From Bacteroidia bacterium (GTDB lineage: Bacteria > Bacteroidota > Bacteroidia > M30B66), in NCBI GenBank assembly GCA_019695235.1, contig JAIBAI010000008.1:2607-66606 (forward strand): 64,000 bases of DNA, given 5' to 3'. Under the pieces are notes generated by a model, which ran no database searches, had not been told where the DNA came from, and saw only the letters and a list, made by a program, of their open reading frames with translations. Position numbers and translations under genes: made by a program. Shown here in pieces: positions 18,956 to 28,751 of this stretch (its first letter is position 1; the number at the start of each line of letters is the position of its first letter).

Positions 18956-20347
18956 ATGAAACCCAGGCTACACCTCAAACCAAAAAACAAGGTACGTGTA
19001 AGTGCTTCGGTTCGTCTGGTAGTTGCAGGAGCAGTGTTTGCAACACTCGTTGCTGTAGGCTTTCTGGTTTATTACAATTTCGGAACAAGTACCGATACGT
19101 GGGCATTTAACGAATCACGTTTTTCGGGTTATGCCTGGCGAAAAAAAATAAGTTTCGACAAAACGATATTACAGGGTAATGAGACTTTGTACAATTTCCC
19201 ATTATTAATTGAAGTGAAAGACCCTGATTTAAAACATATTAGCCGGGGCGGGAAAATGGTTCACCTTAAAGGTGGTGATATCCGGTTCAGTAAAGCAGAT
19301 GGTGAAACTGTTTTGATTTCACAAATTGAACACTATAATCCTGAATCCGGGAGGCTATTGGCCTGGGTACTTCTGGATACGCTGTCGGCAAAAAGTGCAT
19401 CTTCGATATACCTCTATTTCAGCCGTGCCGATATACCACCCTCTAATAATTCGCTCTTCTGGGAAGGTTCGTATCAGGCCATCTGGCATTTTAGCAATAG
19501 TCTCCAGGCCGACAATTCACGCCGAATTCGTGCTACCATGATGGGCACATCTGAAGCAAATGGTGTTGTTGGAAATGGGAGAAATTTTAGTGCTGCTAAT
19601 AGCGACTGTGCTCAATTTCCCTGGTTACAGGAACTTGATTTAAAGGCCGATATCAGTGTATCAGCATGGGTTCAGTTGCATTCAATTAACCGTCATCAGG
19701 TAATTCTATCAAATCAGGGCGACCAACCAGGTGGATACCGTTTGTATATTGACAAGAACAACAAAGTGGCATTTGATTTTATCAATTTGGCAGGAATGCA
19801 CCTAGGCACTGAAAGCAGCCCGGGTGGTCAGGAACTAGAAAACGGGCAATGGTACCATATCGCTGCTGTTTATTCTTTGGATGATAAAACCATTCGCACT
19901 TACCTCAACGGTCAATTAGACAAAGTAGCCGTGGTGAATGACTCCCCGGCGCCAACACCCGCTGCTTTGCAAATGGGGCGCGATCAGTTTGTTGCTGATA
20001 CATATCTTGATGGTACTATTGACGAGGTACGCTTAAGTAAAATGGTTAAATCATCAACCTGGCTTTTAACTGAATATTACACGATGAAAATGGCCGGAAG
20101 CCTTTTCCGGATGGGGCCTTCAGAAGCGTTGCAGATGCATGCATCTGCTGTGAAATCAAACAAAGAAGCCATGAATCTGCTTAGCCGAACCGAAGCAGAG
20201 CAGCAGGAAGCCGTCAACCAGTTACAGGCAAAGAAAAACTCCGGAACCGCACCAACACTCATCCCAATGAGCGAAAACAACGACGTAATAAAAGCCCGTC
20301 TTGAAAATATCCGCAGGGTGTCTAAAGACAATGCGAAGGCTGAATAA
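18956..20347 (+). CDS. DUF2341-like/LamG-like protein, cassette 3, with no beta-module or T9SS CTD; C-terminus is a coiled coil
   Basis: GGKMVHLKGGDIRFSKADGETVLISQIEHYNPESGRLLAWV. LamG DGTIDEVRLSK. C-terminus ...EAEQQEAVNQLQAKKNS...ARLENIRRVSKDNAKAE. Confidence 0.65.
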   Translation: MKPRLHLKPKNKVRVSASVRLVVAGAVFATLVAVGFLVYYNFGTSTDTWAFNESRFSGYAWRKKISFDKTILQGNETLYNFPLLIEVKDPDLKHISRGGKMVHLKGGDIRFSKADGETVLISQIEHYNPESGRLLAWVLLDTLSAKSASSIYLYFSRADIPPSNNSLFWEGSYQAIWHFSNSLQADNSRRIRATMMGTSEANGVVGNGRNFSAANSDCAQFPWLQELDLKADISVSAWVQLHSINRHQVILSNQGDQPGGYRLYIDKNNKVAFDFINLAGMHLGTESSPGGQELENGQWYHIAAVYSLDDKTIRTYLNGQLDKVAVVNDSPAPTPAALQMGRDQFVADTYLDGTIDEVRLSKMVKSSTWLLTEYYTMKMAGSLFRMGPSEALQMHASAVKSNKEAMNLLSRTEAEQQEAVNQLQAKKNSGTAPTLIPMSENNDVIKARLENIRRVSKDNAKAE

Positions 20348-20451
20348 GATAACGCAGCCGCTTTATTTTGCCATTTGTGCGCTATTAAAAGATTTATTAA
20401 GGCCTCATTGTATTAAGCAAATATGGCCTGCAAAAACCAGCTCTCTTAATT

Positions 20452-20478
20452 AGCGGCTAAAAGCAAAGCCGCTTTTTA
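20452..20478 (+). terminator. Rho-independent terminator
   Basis: AGCGGCTaaaagcaaAGCCGCT followed by TTTTT. Confidence 0.5.
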
Positions 20479-20604
20479 CTATTTTTGGGCATAATGTTCG
20501 CTAAGCAGGATGTTGTTAGCACCAGCAATCTGAACAGCTGTCATCAATCAATACTTGAGAATAAAAAGATATTGCAAATTTCATTATTACATTCAAAAAA
20601 ACGC

Positions 20605-21822
20605 ATGAAAGCGCTACAAACAATAACAATGGCATTATTTATCACGGTATTACTATCTTCATGTAAAAAAGAAGATGATGTTGTCCCTAATCATGATAAT
20701 CCAAATAATATAACACTACTCAATACGAGTCAATGGACAGTCGTTGCGAGCCATATTCAAAAGAAACAACAGGGCAATCTGGGCGGGCGTTTCGGTACTT
20801 CTGCGTTCAGTTTACAAAAGCAGGATGAGTTGCGTTGGTATCTATACTTTAGTCACATGACAGGCATTCAGGACCCGATAGAGATTGTTGTAAACAACCA
20901 AAATGCTGTAACTGTAACTAAGCCACCAGGAAATATGGCTTCAGATTTCAGAGACATAAAAACCATTTATGGAGCCGACACGTGGGAAACCCGCATATCT
21001 TCTACATCTTCCAATAATTCCATCAATATCAATTCGTATAAAAATGGGCAATATACAGACATTGGTTATTCAAACTTTACTATGCATAAATTACAAGCAT
21101 CCGAAGATGGACTTTTGACTTCTAAAGAGTTCTATGGTGGCAACAATAGCGTTTCCCATTATCATTATGGTAGCGGGCAGTGGAAAGATAATGTGTTTTG
21201 GGCTACCCAATTTGTATCAACCCGTTACAATGGTAAAACCTATGTTGCCACTTTACTAAATGACGGAACAACGGGTACTCAAGGAACCTTTACAGTATTT
21301 GAAGAATCTAACACTCCTGGCCCCTCCAATGTTTATGAGATGACCAATAAGAATGAAGTGATAATTCCAAATGCAGGATATATTATGCACTCAACTCGCC
21401 ATAATGAAAATCTTTTTGTTGCTATTAATGCTCAGTGGCAAAATAAATATGTGGTGTATAAAATCAATCTAAATAACTATTATGTACAAAAAGTAATGGA
21501 AGAAACGAAAGTAGAAAATTATGAGAATCCCGAATTTATTATAAAAAACCTTGCTTCATTAGCGGAGATAGACCCACAAGGAAATTTATATATGGTAGCC
21601 AATCGCGTGGAAAATATGGATTCACATTACAGCATCAGGAAATACAAAACTACCGGTGGCAGCGAAGTAATACTAAAAGAAGAAGGCCTTAAAAAGCTCA
21701 CACGAATTGATGCTGTTTATTTTTTCAATAATAAATTACATGCTGCAATTATTTACAGAGAAGAATTGGCCGGTAATAACGGAATGAACAATTACCACAT
21801 GCAAATAATTTGTCAAAAATAA
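20605..21822 (+). CDS. Hypothetical lipoprotein, the first gene of the AT-rich region
   Basis: Lipoprotein signal MKALQTITMALFITVLLSSC. AT-rich coding sequence with no recognisable catalytic motif. Confidence 0.5.
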   Translation: MKALQTITMALFITVLLSSCKKEDDVVPNHDNPNNITLLNTSQWTVVASHIQKKQQGNLGGRFGTSAFSLQKQDELRWYLYFSHMTGIQDPIEIVVNNQNAVTVTKPPGNMASDFRDIKTIYGADTWETRISSTSSNNSININSYKNGQYTDIGYSNFTMHKLQASEDGLLTSKEFYGGNNSVSHYHYGSGQWKDNVFWATQFVSTRYNGKTYVATLLNDGTTGTQGTFTVFEESNTPGPSNVYEMTNKNEVIIPNAGYIMHSTRHNENLFVAINAQWQNKYVVYKINLNNYYVQKVMEETKVENYENPEFIIKNLASLAEIDPQGNLYMVANRVENMDSHYSIRKYKTTGGSEVILKEEGLKKLTRIDAVYFFNNKLHAAIIYREELAGNNGMNNYHMQIICQK

Positions 21823-21864
21823 TTTTGAAGCAAAATTTAACTCACTCTTTAGTAGCATCAATCA

Positions 21865-22908
21865 ATGAAGAATTTATTAGGATACATACTACAGCTTTTG
21901 CTTTTATTAAATGTAACCGTTAGCAAAGCTCAAAGTACCAATTGGTATTATGACCAACAAACCCGCTATGGCACTTTTCGCCATTACTCTAACGGTGGTG
22001 CCAAACTTATAACTACATCCAGGGGTGGGCGTGATTATGCAGGAGAAATGGCAGCATCCTATCAGGAACTGGTACAGATGAAGGAAGAGCGGGAAAGGCA
22101 ACGGATGATTGAAATTGAGCGCATGAGAAGGGAAAGCTTGCAGCAAGGTAGCAGCGGTTCAACAAGTGCTGTTCAAAAAAACTATGGTCCCACGCCTGCA
22201 GACTTAGCCCGGCAAGAGCAGCAAGAAAAAGATCGTTTTTACAAGCAGTATGAAGAGCTTTTGCACAACGCAAATGGTCTGTCTAACCAGGCACTTATTC
22301 TTTCTGAAATGTACAAACTGCGACCTAATGATACTGTTGCGCTGCGACTGTTCGGCATATATGCAAAACTGGGGAGAGAAGAAGATATGGATAGGTTGAA
22401 TAAATCATTTTCAGCCTCCTTTATAGCTGAAAATCATGATATTATTTGGTCAGGATGGGGACACAAAAGCTATATAGCCGGCACTTACAAATTAGTATTA
22501 ATGTACTTGGCGAAAATAAATGAACCTGACCTGAATAGTTTTGCACAAACGCTTTGCAGCCACCTGAGGTTGCACAATTGGAATGAGCTACCAGTATTGC
22601 TTGAAAAATACAGCAGTCGCTTTCCGGAGCTTTTATCGGTTTCCCCGAAACTTACTTCTGCTTTTCGTTACTTGAGTGCCCGGCAAATTGGAACAACAGA
22701 AGCAAAAGCAACTGCCGCTGAACTGCATCAGTTTGCCGTGACCCGGCGTGAAAACCGTATAATGGATTTTGTCAATATTGTTGTTCTTGATGCCGCGGTA
22801 AGTCTTGATCCGGAAAACAGCATCTACCGTGAAGAACGATTTAATTCAAATTCTATTCTCCAACTCAAACCTGCGATGCAGGAGGATTACGATTTTTTCA
22901 GCAGATAG
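21865..22908 (+). CDS. Hypothetical secreted protein with a coiled-coil segment
   Basis: Signal peptide MKNLLGYILQLLLLLNVTVSKAQS. Charged coiled coil EERERQRMIEIERMRRESLQQ. Confidence 0.45.
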   Translation: MKNLLGYILQLLLLLNVTVSKAQSTNWYYDQQTRYGTFRHYSNGGAKLITTSRGGRDYAGEMAASYQELVQMKEERERQRMIEIERMRRESLQQGSSGSTSAVQKNYGPTPADLARQEQQEKDRFYKQYEELLHNANGLSNQALILSEMYKLRPNDTVALRLFGIYAKLGREEDMDRLNKSFSASFIAENHDIIWSGWGHKSYIAGTYKLVLMYLAKINEPDLNSFAQTLCSHLRLHNWNELPVLLEKYSSRFPELLSVSPKLTSAFRYLSARQIGTTEAKATAAELHQFAVTRRENRIMDFVNIVVLDAAVSLDPENSIYREERFNSNSILQLKPAMQEDYDFFSR

Positions 22909-22918
22909 AAACCCCATC

Positions 22919-23881
22919 ATGAAATATATTTTCTTTTGTTTGTGTGCAATAGGCACTTTGCTGCCACTTCACAGTACTGCGCAATATTATGTAGGATGGA
23001 ATCGTGTTTTCCCTGACCGTGCAGGTAAAGTGATTGCTTTTAAGGCAGTTTATTCGGGCGCTTCCGACACGATTTACTTTGTAGATGTTGCTACCGGCAC
23101 TATTACAGACAGGGTGGCCGACGGGAGTTTTGGCTTAGAGTTTAAAATGTTGAAGGCTAAAGTATTGAACCGTGAGAAGGAGATGAATAAAGCACTTGTT
23201 GCGTTTCATACTTTGTCTCATTTTGAAAGGGACAAGGGAAATATGGAAGAATACATTGTGCGTTGGAAAAATGATTCAACAATTGCCAGCGCATTTTTGC
23301 CTAAAGTAGAAGTGCACAGTTATGAACCAAGAGTCTTTTATAAACCAGACAAACCCCGAAAGGTGCTGCTGGGGGTACGGCTTAACGGCGTAGCAATGCT
23401 TTACGACATGCTGGATACAACCAAAAATGGAGCAGCTAAGCTGCTTTACAGTAAAGACATAAATAAGGCCGACTACGAGGACTGGGAACGTGGGTACTTC
23501 CAGCAGGCTGTTATTTCGCCCAGCGGGAACCACGTTTTCACAATGCCTGACGGCACAATGATAGACATTGTAAAAGGTAAGAAAATATGGGATTTCAACT
23601 ATAAGAAAACAGGCTCATCTGATGTGGTTTTTAGCGAAGACGGCACGCGCATCGCCATTGAACATCAAGACAAATCAGTATCGGTTTTCAACGTAAAGAA
23701 AGGCAAGAGGCTGTATAAGATTCCTGCTCCACCAACGTTCCCGGGTGAGTTGGAAGTTGACCATTTGCTGCCACTCCCCGATATGCAGAGCTGCTTTGTT
23801 TTCTACATGGATTATAAGAATAGTGTAGCGAAAGTATTGTTGTTGAATTCTGATGGAAACTATAAAGAGATTAAGTTTTAA
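22919..23881 (+). CDS. Hypothetical secreted protein
   Basis: Signal peptide MKYIFFCLCAIGTLLPLHSTAQ. Beta-rich sequence. Confidence 0.45.
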   Translation: MKYIFFCLCAIGTLLPLHSTAQYYVGWNRVFPDRAGKVIAFKAVYSGASDTIYFVDVATGTITDRVADGSFGLEFKMLKAKVLNREKEMNKALVAFHTLSHFERDKGNMEEYIVRWKNDSTIASAFLPKVEVHSYEPRVFYKPDKPRKVLLGVRLNGVAMLYDMLDTTKNGAAKLLYSKDINKADYEDWERGYFQQAVISPSGNHVFTMPDGTMIDIVKGKKIWDFNYKKTGSSDVVFSEDGTRIAIEHQDKSVSVFNVKKGKRLYKIPAPPTFPGELEVDHLLPLPDMQSCFVFYMDYKNSVAKVLLLNSDGNYKEIKF

Positions 23882-23939
23882 CCTTGTTGGATCAATCGTT
23901 CGAATGCCGCTTTTTATTAATTGCATTCAATAAGTTACC

Positions 23940-24182
23940 ATGCCAAAATTAAAACGCTGGCTTTATGCAATTGCGATCGCAATTTTTTCCACTTTACTGG
24001 TGGCTTATGCTTATGATATTGAAAAAGAAATACCCATCGAACCTTCGAGCACACAGGCAGGACGACAAGACATACTGATTACAGTAGCTGATGCATTAGG
24101 GCTTACAGGTAGTATTTTAGTGGCGTTGGTGGCTACTGGTATCGGACTGTATTATGCTATTCGCCAACACTTCACAAGATAA
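23940..24182 (+). CDS. Small 2-TM membrane protein
   Basis: 80 aa with two hydrophobic helices. Confidence 0.35.
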   Translation: MPKLKRWLYAIAIAIFSTLLVAYAYDIEKEIPIEPSSTQAGRQDILITVADALGLTGSILVALVATGIGLYYAIRQHFTR

Positions 24183-24657
24183 TATTTTAATGAAATTGAT
24201 TGGCACAATACTCATCTTCATCGGAATAATTTTCGGTGTGTTCGGCGCAAGGTCGTATTGGCACAATTATTTGTATAATCAGGCCAGTACTACAGTAAAA
24301 GCTACGGTGAAATCCGCTGAAATAAAACCCATGTCAGGAAAAGCGGTAGGCAGTATCCGGATTGTTCTTAGTTATAAGCGTGATGGCCTTACAGACAGTT
24401 TAGAATACAATTTTTCAGAGGCATATTCAAATAAAGAACCCCTGCCCAGCGAGGAAGAATTGAAATCCGCAACTTATTATGTGCGCTATGTACCAAAGGA
24501 AAAAACAAATAAAAACATACCCGATTGGGTTATGGTAAGCAAAAAAGGTGAATTTGAAGAATTTTACGGCATATCTACGTTTACACAAATGTTCACGTTT
24601 ATTTTGCTGGGAATTATGGTAAGGATGTTCGCACGAAAAAATCAGGCGACGTTATGA
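24154..24657 (+). CDS. Membrane protein (DUF3592-like; N- and C-terminal TM)
   Basis: TM near the N-terminus (LIGTILIFIGIIFGVF) and near the C-terminus (MFTFILLGIMV). Alternative ATG at 24190. Confidence 0.4.
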   Translation: MLFANTSQDNILMKLIGTILIFIGIIFGVFGARSYWHNYLYNQASTTVKATVKSAEIKPMSGKAVGSIRIVLSYKRDGLTDSLEYNFSEAYSNKEPLPSEEELKSATYYVRYVPKEKTNKNIPDWVMVSKKGEFEEFYGISTFTQMFTFILLGIMVRMFARKNQATL

Positions 24658-25031
24658 CAAAACTTTTCTTTTTAATAATTACGCTCCTTGTGACAAAAAA
24701 CATTGTCTGTCAGTCTGACAACAAGCTTCTTATTGGTGAGTTGACAATAAGCCAAACGACAATCGAAAGGGCAAAAGTTGGTGACACTCTGGCATTTATA
24801 TTCACTAAGAAAAAATTTGTTGGTAGTATTAAAATTCACTCCGACAGTTCAATTTACGCTTGGGCAACCTGTACTTTAGGGCAAAAAGGGTATTTTTGGT
24901 GTAAAATTGGAACGTGGGATAGAAAAAAATTTGTTATCTTAAATTTACATTGCAAGACTATCATTCTAAAAAACATAACAACAGACATTGGATTAGGGCA
25001 ACAAAAGTTAATAATTCAAGACATCTGGTAA
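24654..25031 (+). CDS. Hypothetical small secreted protein
   Basis: N-terminal hydrophobic signal MTKLFFLIITLLVTKNIVCQS. Confidence 0.35.
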   Translation: MTKLFFLIITLLVTKNIVCQSDNKLLIGELTISQTTIERAKVGDTLAFIFTKKKFVGSIKIHSDSSIYAWATCTLGQKGYFWCKIGTWDRKKFVILNLHCKTIILKNITTDIGLGQQKLIIQDIW

Positions 25032-25120
25032 AGAAATTATAGCAGACGCTTTAAGCAATATAGCGGTGTACTGCGACCAGACACCTAACAGCGACTATAT
25101 CTCAAACGGAAGGTGCTTAG

Positions 25121-25669
25121 ATAATAAAAATTTGTGTCTTTAATATAGACATTATTGCACAAAAGCAAGCCATTGACATTCCGGGTAGAAGAACGATATT
25201 TGACTTTGCCTGCAATATCGAAAGCAAACTTTTTGGATTTGATGTAAAAACCAAAGATTTAGATTCAACAAGCTATTCAGATGGTGGTGTCTGTGCCGTT
25301 GGTAATCTTCTTAAATTTCTTGCAAATGATAAAGGAGTCTTTATGATTGTAGAGTTTGGGCACGACAAATCAACAACAAAGAATAGTAGCCGGGATATTG
25401 AATACATTCGAGTAGCGCCATTTCATTGCCTGCCAGAGAACACATATCGAATAGAGAATTTGGGAACCGGGCAAGTAAGGCTAAACTACACCGTAAATCA
25501 GGTTTGGGATGAGATTGACTGGAACAGGTCTTACAGTGACTTTTTTGATATTTTTTGCCAACTTTCAATAACCCATTACAAGAGAGTAAAAGCAGACGCA
25601 GAAAAGCGCATTAAATCAATAGAACAGTTCAAAGATGGCGGATATGAAAACTTTCGATTTATCAGATAA
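25121..25669 (+). pseudogene. Start-less ORF remnant adjacent to the methyltransferase, possibly a decayed partner such as a restriction endonuclease
   Basis: Open frame from the stop at 25118 to 25669 with protein-like composition. The first ATG is at 25343 (108-aa ORF); no ATG/GTG/TTG upstream in frame. The frame overlaps the MTase start. Confidence 0.3.
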
Positions 25670-27179
25670 GGCCTTACAAATAGGTAATGTGTTCACCCCT
25701 CTTAAATGGGGTGAATTTGCTATTGCAAAATTTGACCTTTTTTCAAAATGGATCAACGGGGCTTCAATATTTGATCCGACAATGGGGGAAGGCAACTTAC
25801 TTGAAGCCTTGATAACTTATGGGGTATCGCAAGGATTTACCATCAATGAACTACCGACCCATAGCCTTTTTGGCAATGAATTAAATACGGTTTATTTCAA
25901 TAGAACCATAAATAAGTTTTCTGAGAAATATGGCTTGGATATGTCTCTAAACCTTACGAATGAAGATTTTCTTAGGCTTGCGTCAGCGAAATACGATATT
26001 GTTTTTGGCAATCCCCCTTGGCAAAACTTTGTTGATTTGCCCGAGAGCTATAAAGAACAAATAAAAAGCTATTTCTTCAAATTTGACTTAATTGGCAACA
26101 GTCAAAGCCTTTTATTAGGAGGGAGTAGAATTGATATAGCTGCCCTTATCATTCAGATTGCCATTAAAGATTTTATAAAACAAGATGGTGAAGCAATAAT
26201 ATTTATGCCGCTTTCACTATTCTTAAATGATGGGGCAAATAGAAATTTCAGAACATATAGCATCGGTACAGCAAATTATCGTGTTAATTCCATTTTCGAC
26301 TTCAATGATGAAGATGTTTTCGGTGGGATTGCAACACGTTATGGGTTGACACATTTCATTAGAGACAAAAAATCTCTATTCCCAATTCCATATTTCCACA
26401 ATGAAAATGGAAGTTGGCACGAGTTCCATGCTAAACCAATGTTTCATGAAACCGATCCATTGAACATCGTCCCAAAGAATGAAATTGGGGATTTTGAAGA
26501 CATAAAACCCGTTGTAATCAAAAAGGAATCAAGTCCAAGACAAGGAATTAATACGTGTGGCGCAAATGATGTTTATTTCTTTGATAAGCTTAGTGAAGTT
26601 AATGAAAACCTAGTGCGTGTTTCCAATAAGAGTAAAGTCAGCATCGAGCTCCCTAAGCAATTCATCTTTCCTCTTATTACAGCAAAAGAGTTTAGAACGG
26701 GAATAAAATCCCCTTCGAAATGGGTTCTCTTGCCCTACAACACCAATGGCAAACCACTAGAATGGAAGCAGATTCAAATGTTTCCTGAACTTAATCAATA
26801 CCTTGAATCAAACAAAGAGATATTGCAAAGAAGAAAAGGGGTAATGTTAAATGCTTTGCTTAATAGGGGGCATTGGTGGGCAATGTTGGGAGTTGGTGAA
26901 TATAACTTCTTCCCATACAAAGTAGTATGGGAAGCATACGGCAAAACTAGTTTTAATCCAACAGTGTTTGAAGGGTATTGGCAAGCGAACCAGTCACTAC
27001 AAGCATTTATACCAATTAAAACATTAACTGAAGCTCAAAAGGTTCAAGCTGAGTTGTCAAATAAACAAATAGAAAACTATCTACTGTCTTTAAAAATGGA
27101 AGGGACAATGAATTGGGCACAACCGGGCAAAATAAAAAGGATTATCAAATACGAAGAAGAAACACTGACCTTATTTTGA
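25635..27179 (+). CDS. N6-adenine-specific DNA methyltransferase, TaqI/Eco57I-like gamma class
   Basis: Motif I FDPTMGEGNLL. Motif IV IVFGNPPWQNF (NPPW). C-terminal TaqI_C-like RQGINTCGANDVYF. Confidence 0.75.
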   Translation: MADMKTFDLSDKALQIGNVFTPLKWGEFAIAKFDLFSKWINGASIFDPTMGEGNLLEALITYGVSQGFTINELPTHSLFGNELNTVYFNRTINKFSEKYGLDMSLNLTNEDFLRLASAKYDIVFGNPPWQNFVDLPESYKEQIKSYFFKFDLIGNSQSLLLGGSRIDIAALIIQIAIKDFIKQDGEAIIFMPLSLFLNDGANRNFRTYSIGTANYRVNSIFDFNDEDVFGGIATRYGLTHFIRDKKSLFPIPYFHNENGSWHEFHAKPMFHETDPLNIVPKNEIGDFEDIKPVVIKKESSPRQGINTCGANDVYFFDKLSEVNENLVRVSNKSKVSIELPKQFIFPLITAKEFRTGIKSPSKWVLLPYNTNGKPLEWKQIQMFPELNQYLESNKEILQRRKGVMLNALLNRGHWWAMLGVGEYNFFPYKVVWEAYGKTSFNPTVFEGYWQANQSLQAFIPIKTLTEAQKVQAELSNKQIENYLLSLKMEGTMNWAQPGKIKRIIKYEEETLTLF

Positions 27180-27270
27180 CTCTAAAACAGCAACTATTCA
27201 AATTGGCGGTGCTGTGGAAACATCAAGCCTTGTGACCTATTTATCAGATTGTCGCAGTAAGTACCCGAGT

Positions 27271-27308
27271 AAAAAAAAAGAGGCTGCCTTTTCAGGCAGC
27301 CTCTTTTG
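27271..27308. terminator. Bidirectional rho-independent terminator between the MTase (+) and gdh (-)
   Basis: aaaaaaaaGAGGCTGCCttttcaGGCAGCCTCttttg, with T-runs on both sides. Confidence 0.7.
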
Positions 27309-27326
27309 CATAGCATTCAAATCTGC

Positions 27327-28751
27327 TTATGGGAAAACTCCCAATGTGTCATAAGACTTCGCGATTTTCCTGATTGCTACCACAAATGCTGCGGTACGCA
27401 AATCCTTAATACCAGGCGTTGACTTAAACTCAGAACGGATGGTGTGGTAAGCGGTAATCATGGTTTCTTCAAGGCCTGAATACACCAGATCTAACTCATC
27501 TGCACCACGCTCTACCAGATTTTTCTGGGCGGCGGTAGCTGTTTTGCCGGTCATGTTTTCAACTACCGAAATCATATTTCTTCCGGAAGCTTCATCGTAG
27601 CGTTTGCCTAAACGTCCGAAACGAACATGGCTCAGGTTTTTCAGCCATTCGAAATAAGATACGGTCACCCCACCAGCATTTAAGAAAATGTCGGGAATTA
27701 CCATGATTCCTTTTTCATTCAGAACATCTTCAGCCTCCGGAGTTACCGGACCATTCGCTGCTTCTCCTACAATCTTACATTTAAGTCGGGCAGCATTGTC
27801 TTTGTTGATCTGGTTCTCTAAAGCTGCCGGAATCAACACATCACATTCAAGTTCTAATGCTTCGTATTTATCGTAAGGCTGCGTTCCGGCGAATCCGGTA
27901 ATACTTCCGGTTTTCTTACGGTGCTCGTCAAGAGCAATCGGGTCAATTCCATCCGGGTTGTATATTGCACCATCCCATTCTGCAATGGCGATGATGCGAC
28001 CGCCACCTTCGTGAACAAATTTCGCAGTATGGAACCCTACGTTACCAAAACCCTGAATGATAAAGGTTTTGCCGGGAAGACCGGTAGTAAGGCCTAGTTT
28101 TTCACAATCTTCAGCAATGCTAAGCGCTTCACGGATACCGAAGTAAACACCCAGCCCGGTTGCCTCTTTACGACCCCTGATTCCTCCCTGTGATACCGGT
28201 TTACCGGTTACACATGCCAAGGCATTGATTTCATTTGGGTAAAAAGTCGCATACGTATCAACAATCCAAGCCATTTCACGTTCGCCAGAACCATAATCAG
28301 GTGCCGGAACGTCTACGCCCGGCCCGATAAAGTTCTTTTTGATCAATTCAGAAGTGTACCTTCTGGTGATGCGCTCCATTTCTTCAACGGTAAGGTTGCG
28401 CGGACTGATATTAATCCCGCCTTTCGCCCCACCAAATGGAACATCTACAATAGCACACTTGTACGTCATCAACGCAGCAAGGGCCATCACCTCGTCCTGA
28501 TTCACGGTAGTACTAAAACGTATACCTCCTTTGGTTGGCACTTTGTGATGGCTGTGCTCGACCCTGAAGGCCTCAATAACCTCGAATTGCGACCCGATTT
28601 TCACCGGGAAACGCATTCTGTAAACACTGTTGCAATACTTGATTTGATCAAGAATGCCTGCGGGAACATCCACAAATGCTGCCGCGCGGTCGAAATACTT
28701 GAGAACATCTTCGTAGAAGGCATCCTCCCGCTTTTCGGTTAACTTAGACAT
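27327..28751 (-). CDS. gdh: Glutamate dehydrogenase (Glu/Leu/Phe/Val dehydrogenase family)
   Basis: Catalytic region KGGIRF...[11 protein letters not shown] and Rossmann GFGNVG. Start [10 protein letters not shown] at 28751. Confidence 0.9.
   Translation of the reverse strand: MSKLTEKREDAFYEDVLKYFDRAAAFVDVPAGILDQIKYCNSVYRMRFPVKIGSQFEVIEAFRVEHSHHKVPTKGGIRFSTTVNQDEVMALAALMTYKCAIVDVPFGGAKGGINISPRNLTVEEMERITRRYTSELIKKNFIGPGVDVPAPDYGSGEREMAWIVDTYATFYPNEINALACVTGKPVSQGGIRGRKEATGLGVYFGIREALSIAEDCEKLGLTTGLPGKTFIIQGFGNVGFHTAKFVHEGGGRIIAIAEWDGAIYNPDGIDPIALDEHRKKTGSITGFAGTQPYDKYEALELECDVLIPAALENQINKDNAARLKCKIVGEAANGPVTPEAEDVLNEKGIMVIPDIFLNAGGVTVSYFEWLKNLSHVRFGRLGKRYDEASGRNMISVVENMTGKTATAAQKNLVERGADELDLVYSGLEETMITAYHTIRSEFKSTPGIKDLRTAAFVVAIRKIAKSYDTLGVFP

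Noticed and set aside
25343-25669. Calling the 108-aa ORF upstream of the methyltransferase as an intact gene
   Set aside because: The frame is open for 74 codons upstream of its first ATG without any start codon, and it overlaps the MTase start. It is kept only as a possible remnant (pseudogene) rather than a confident CDS.
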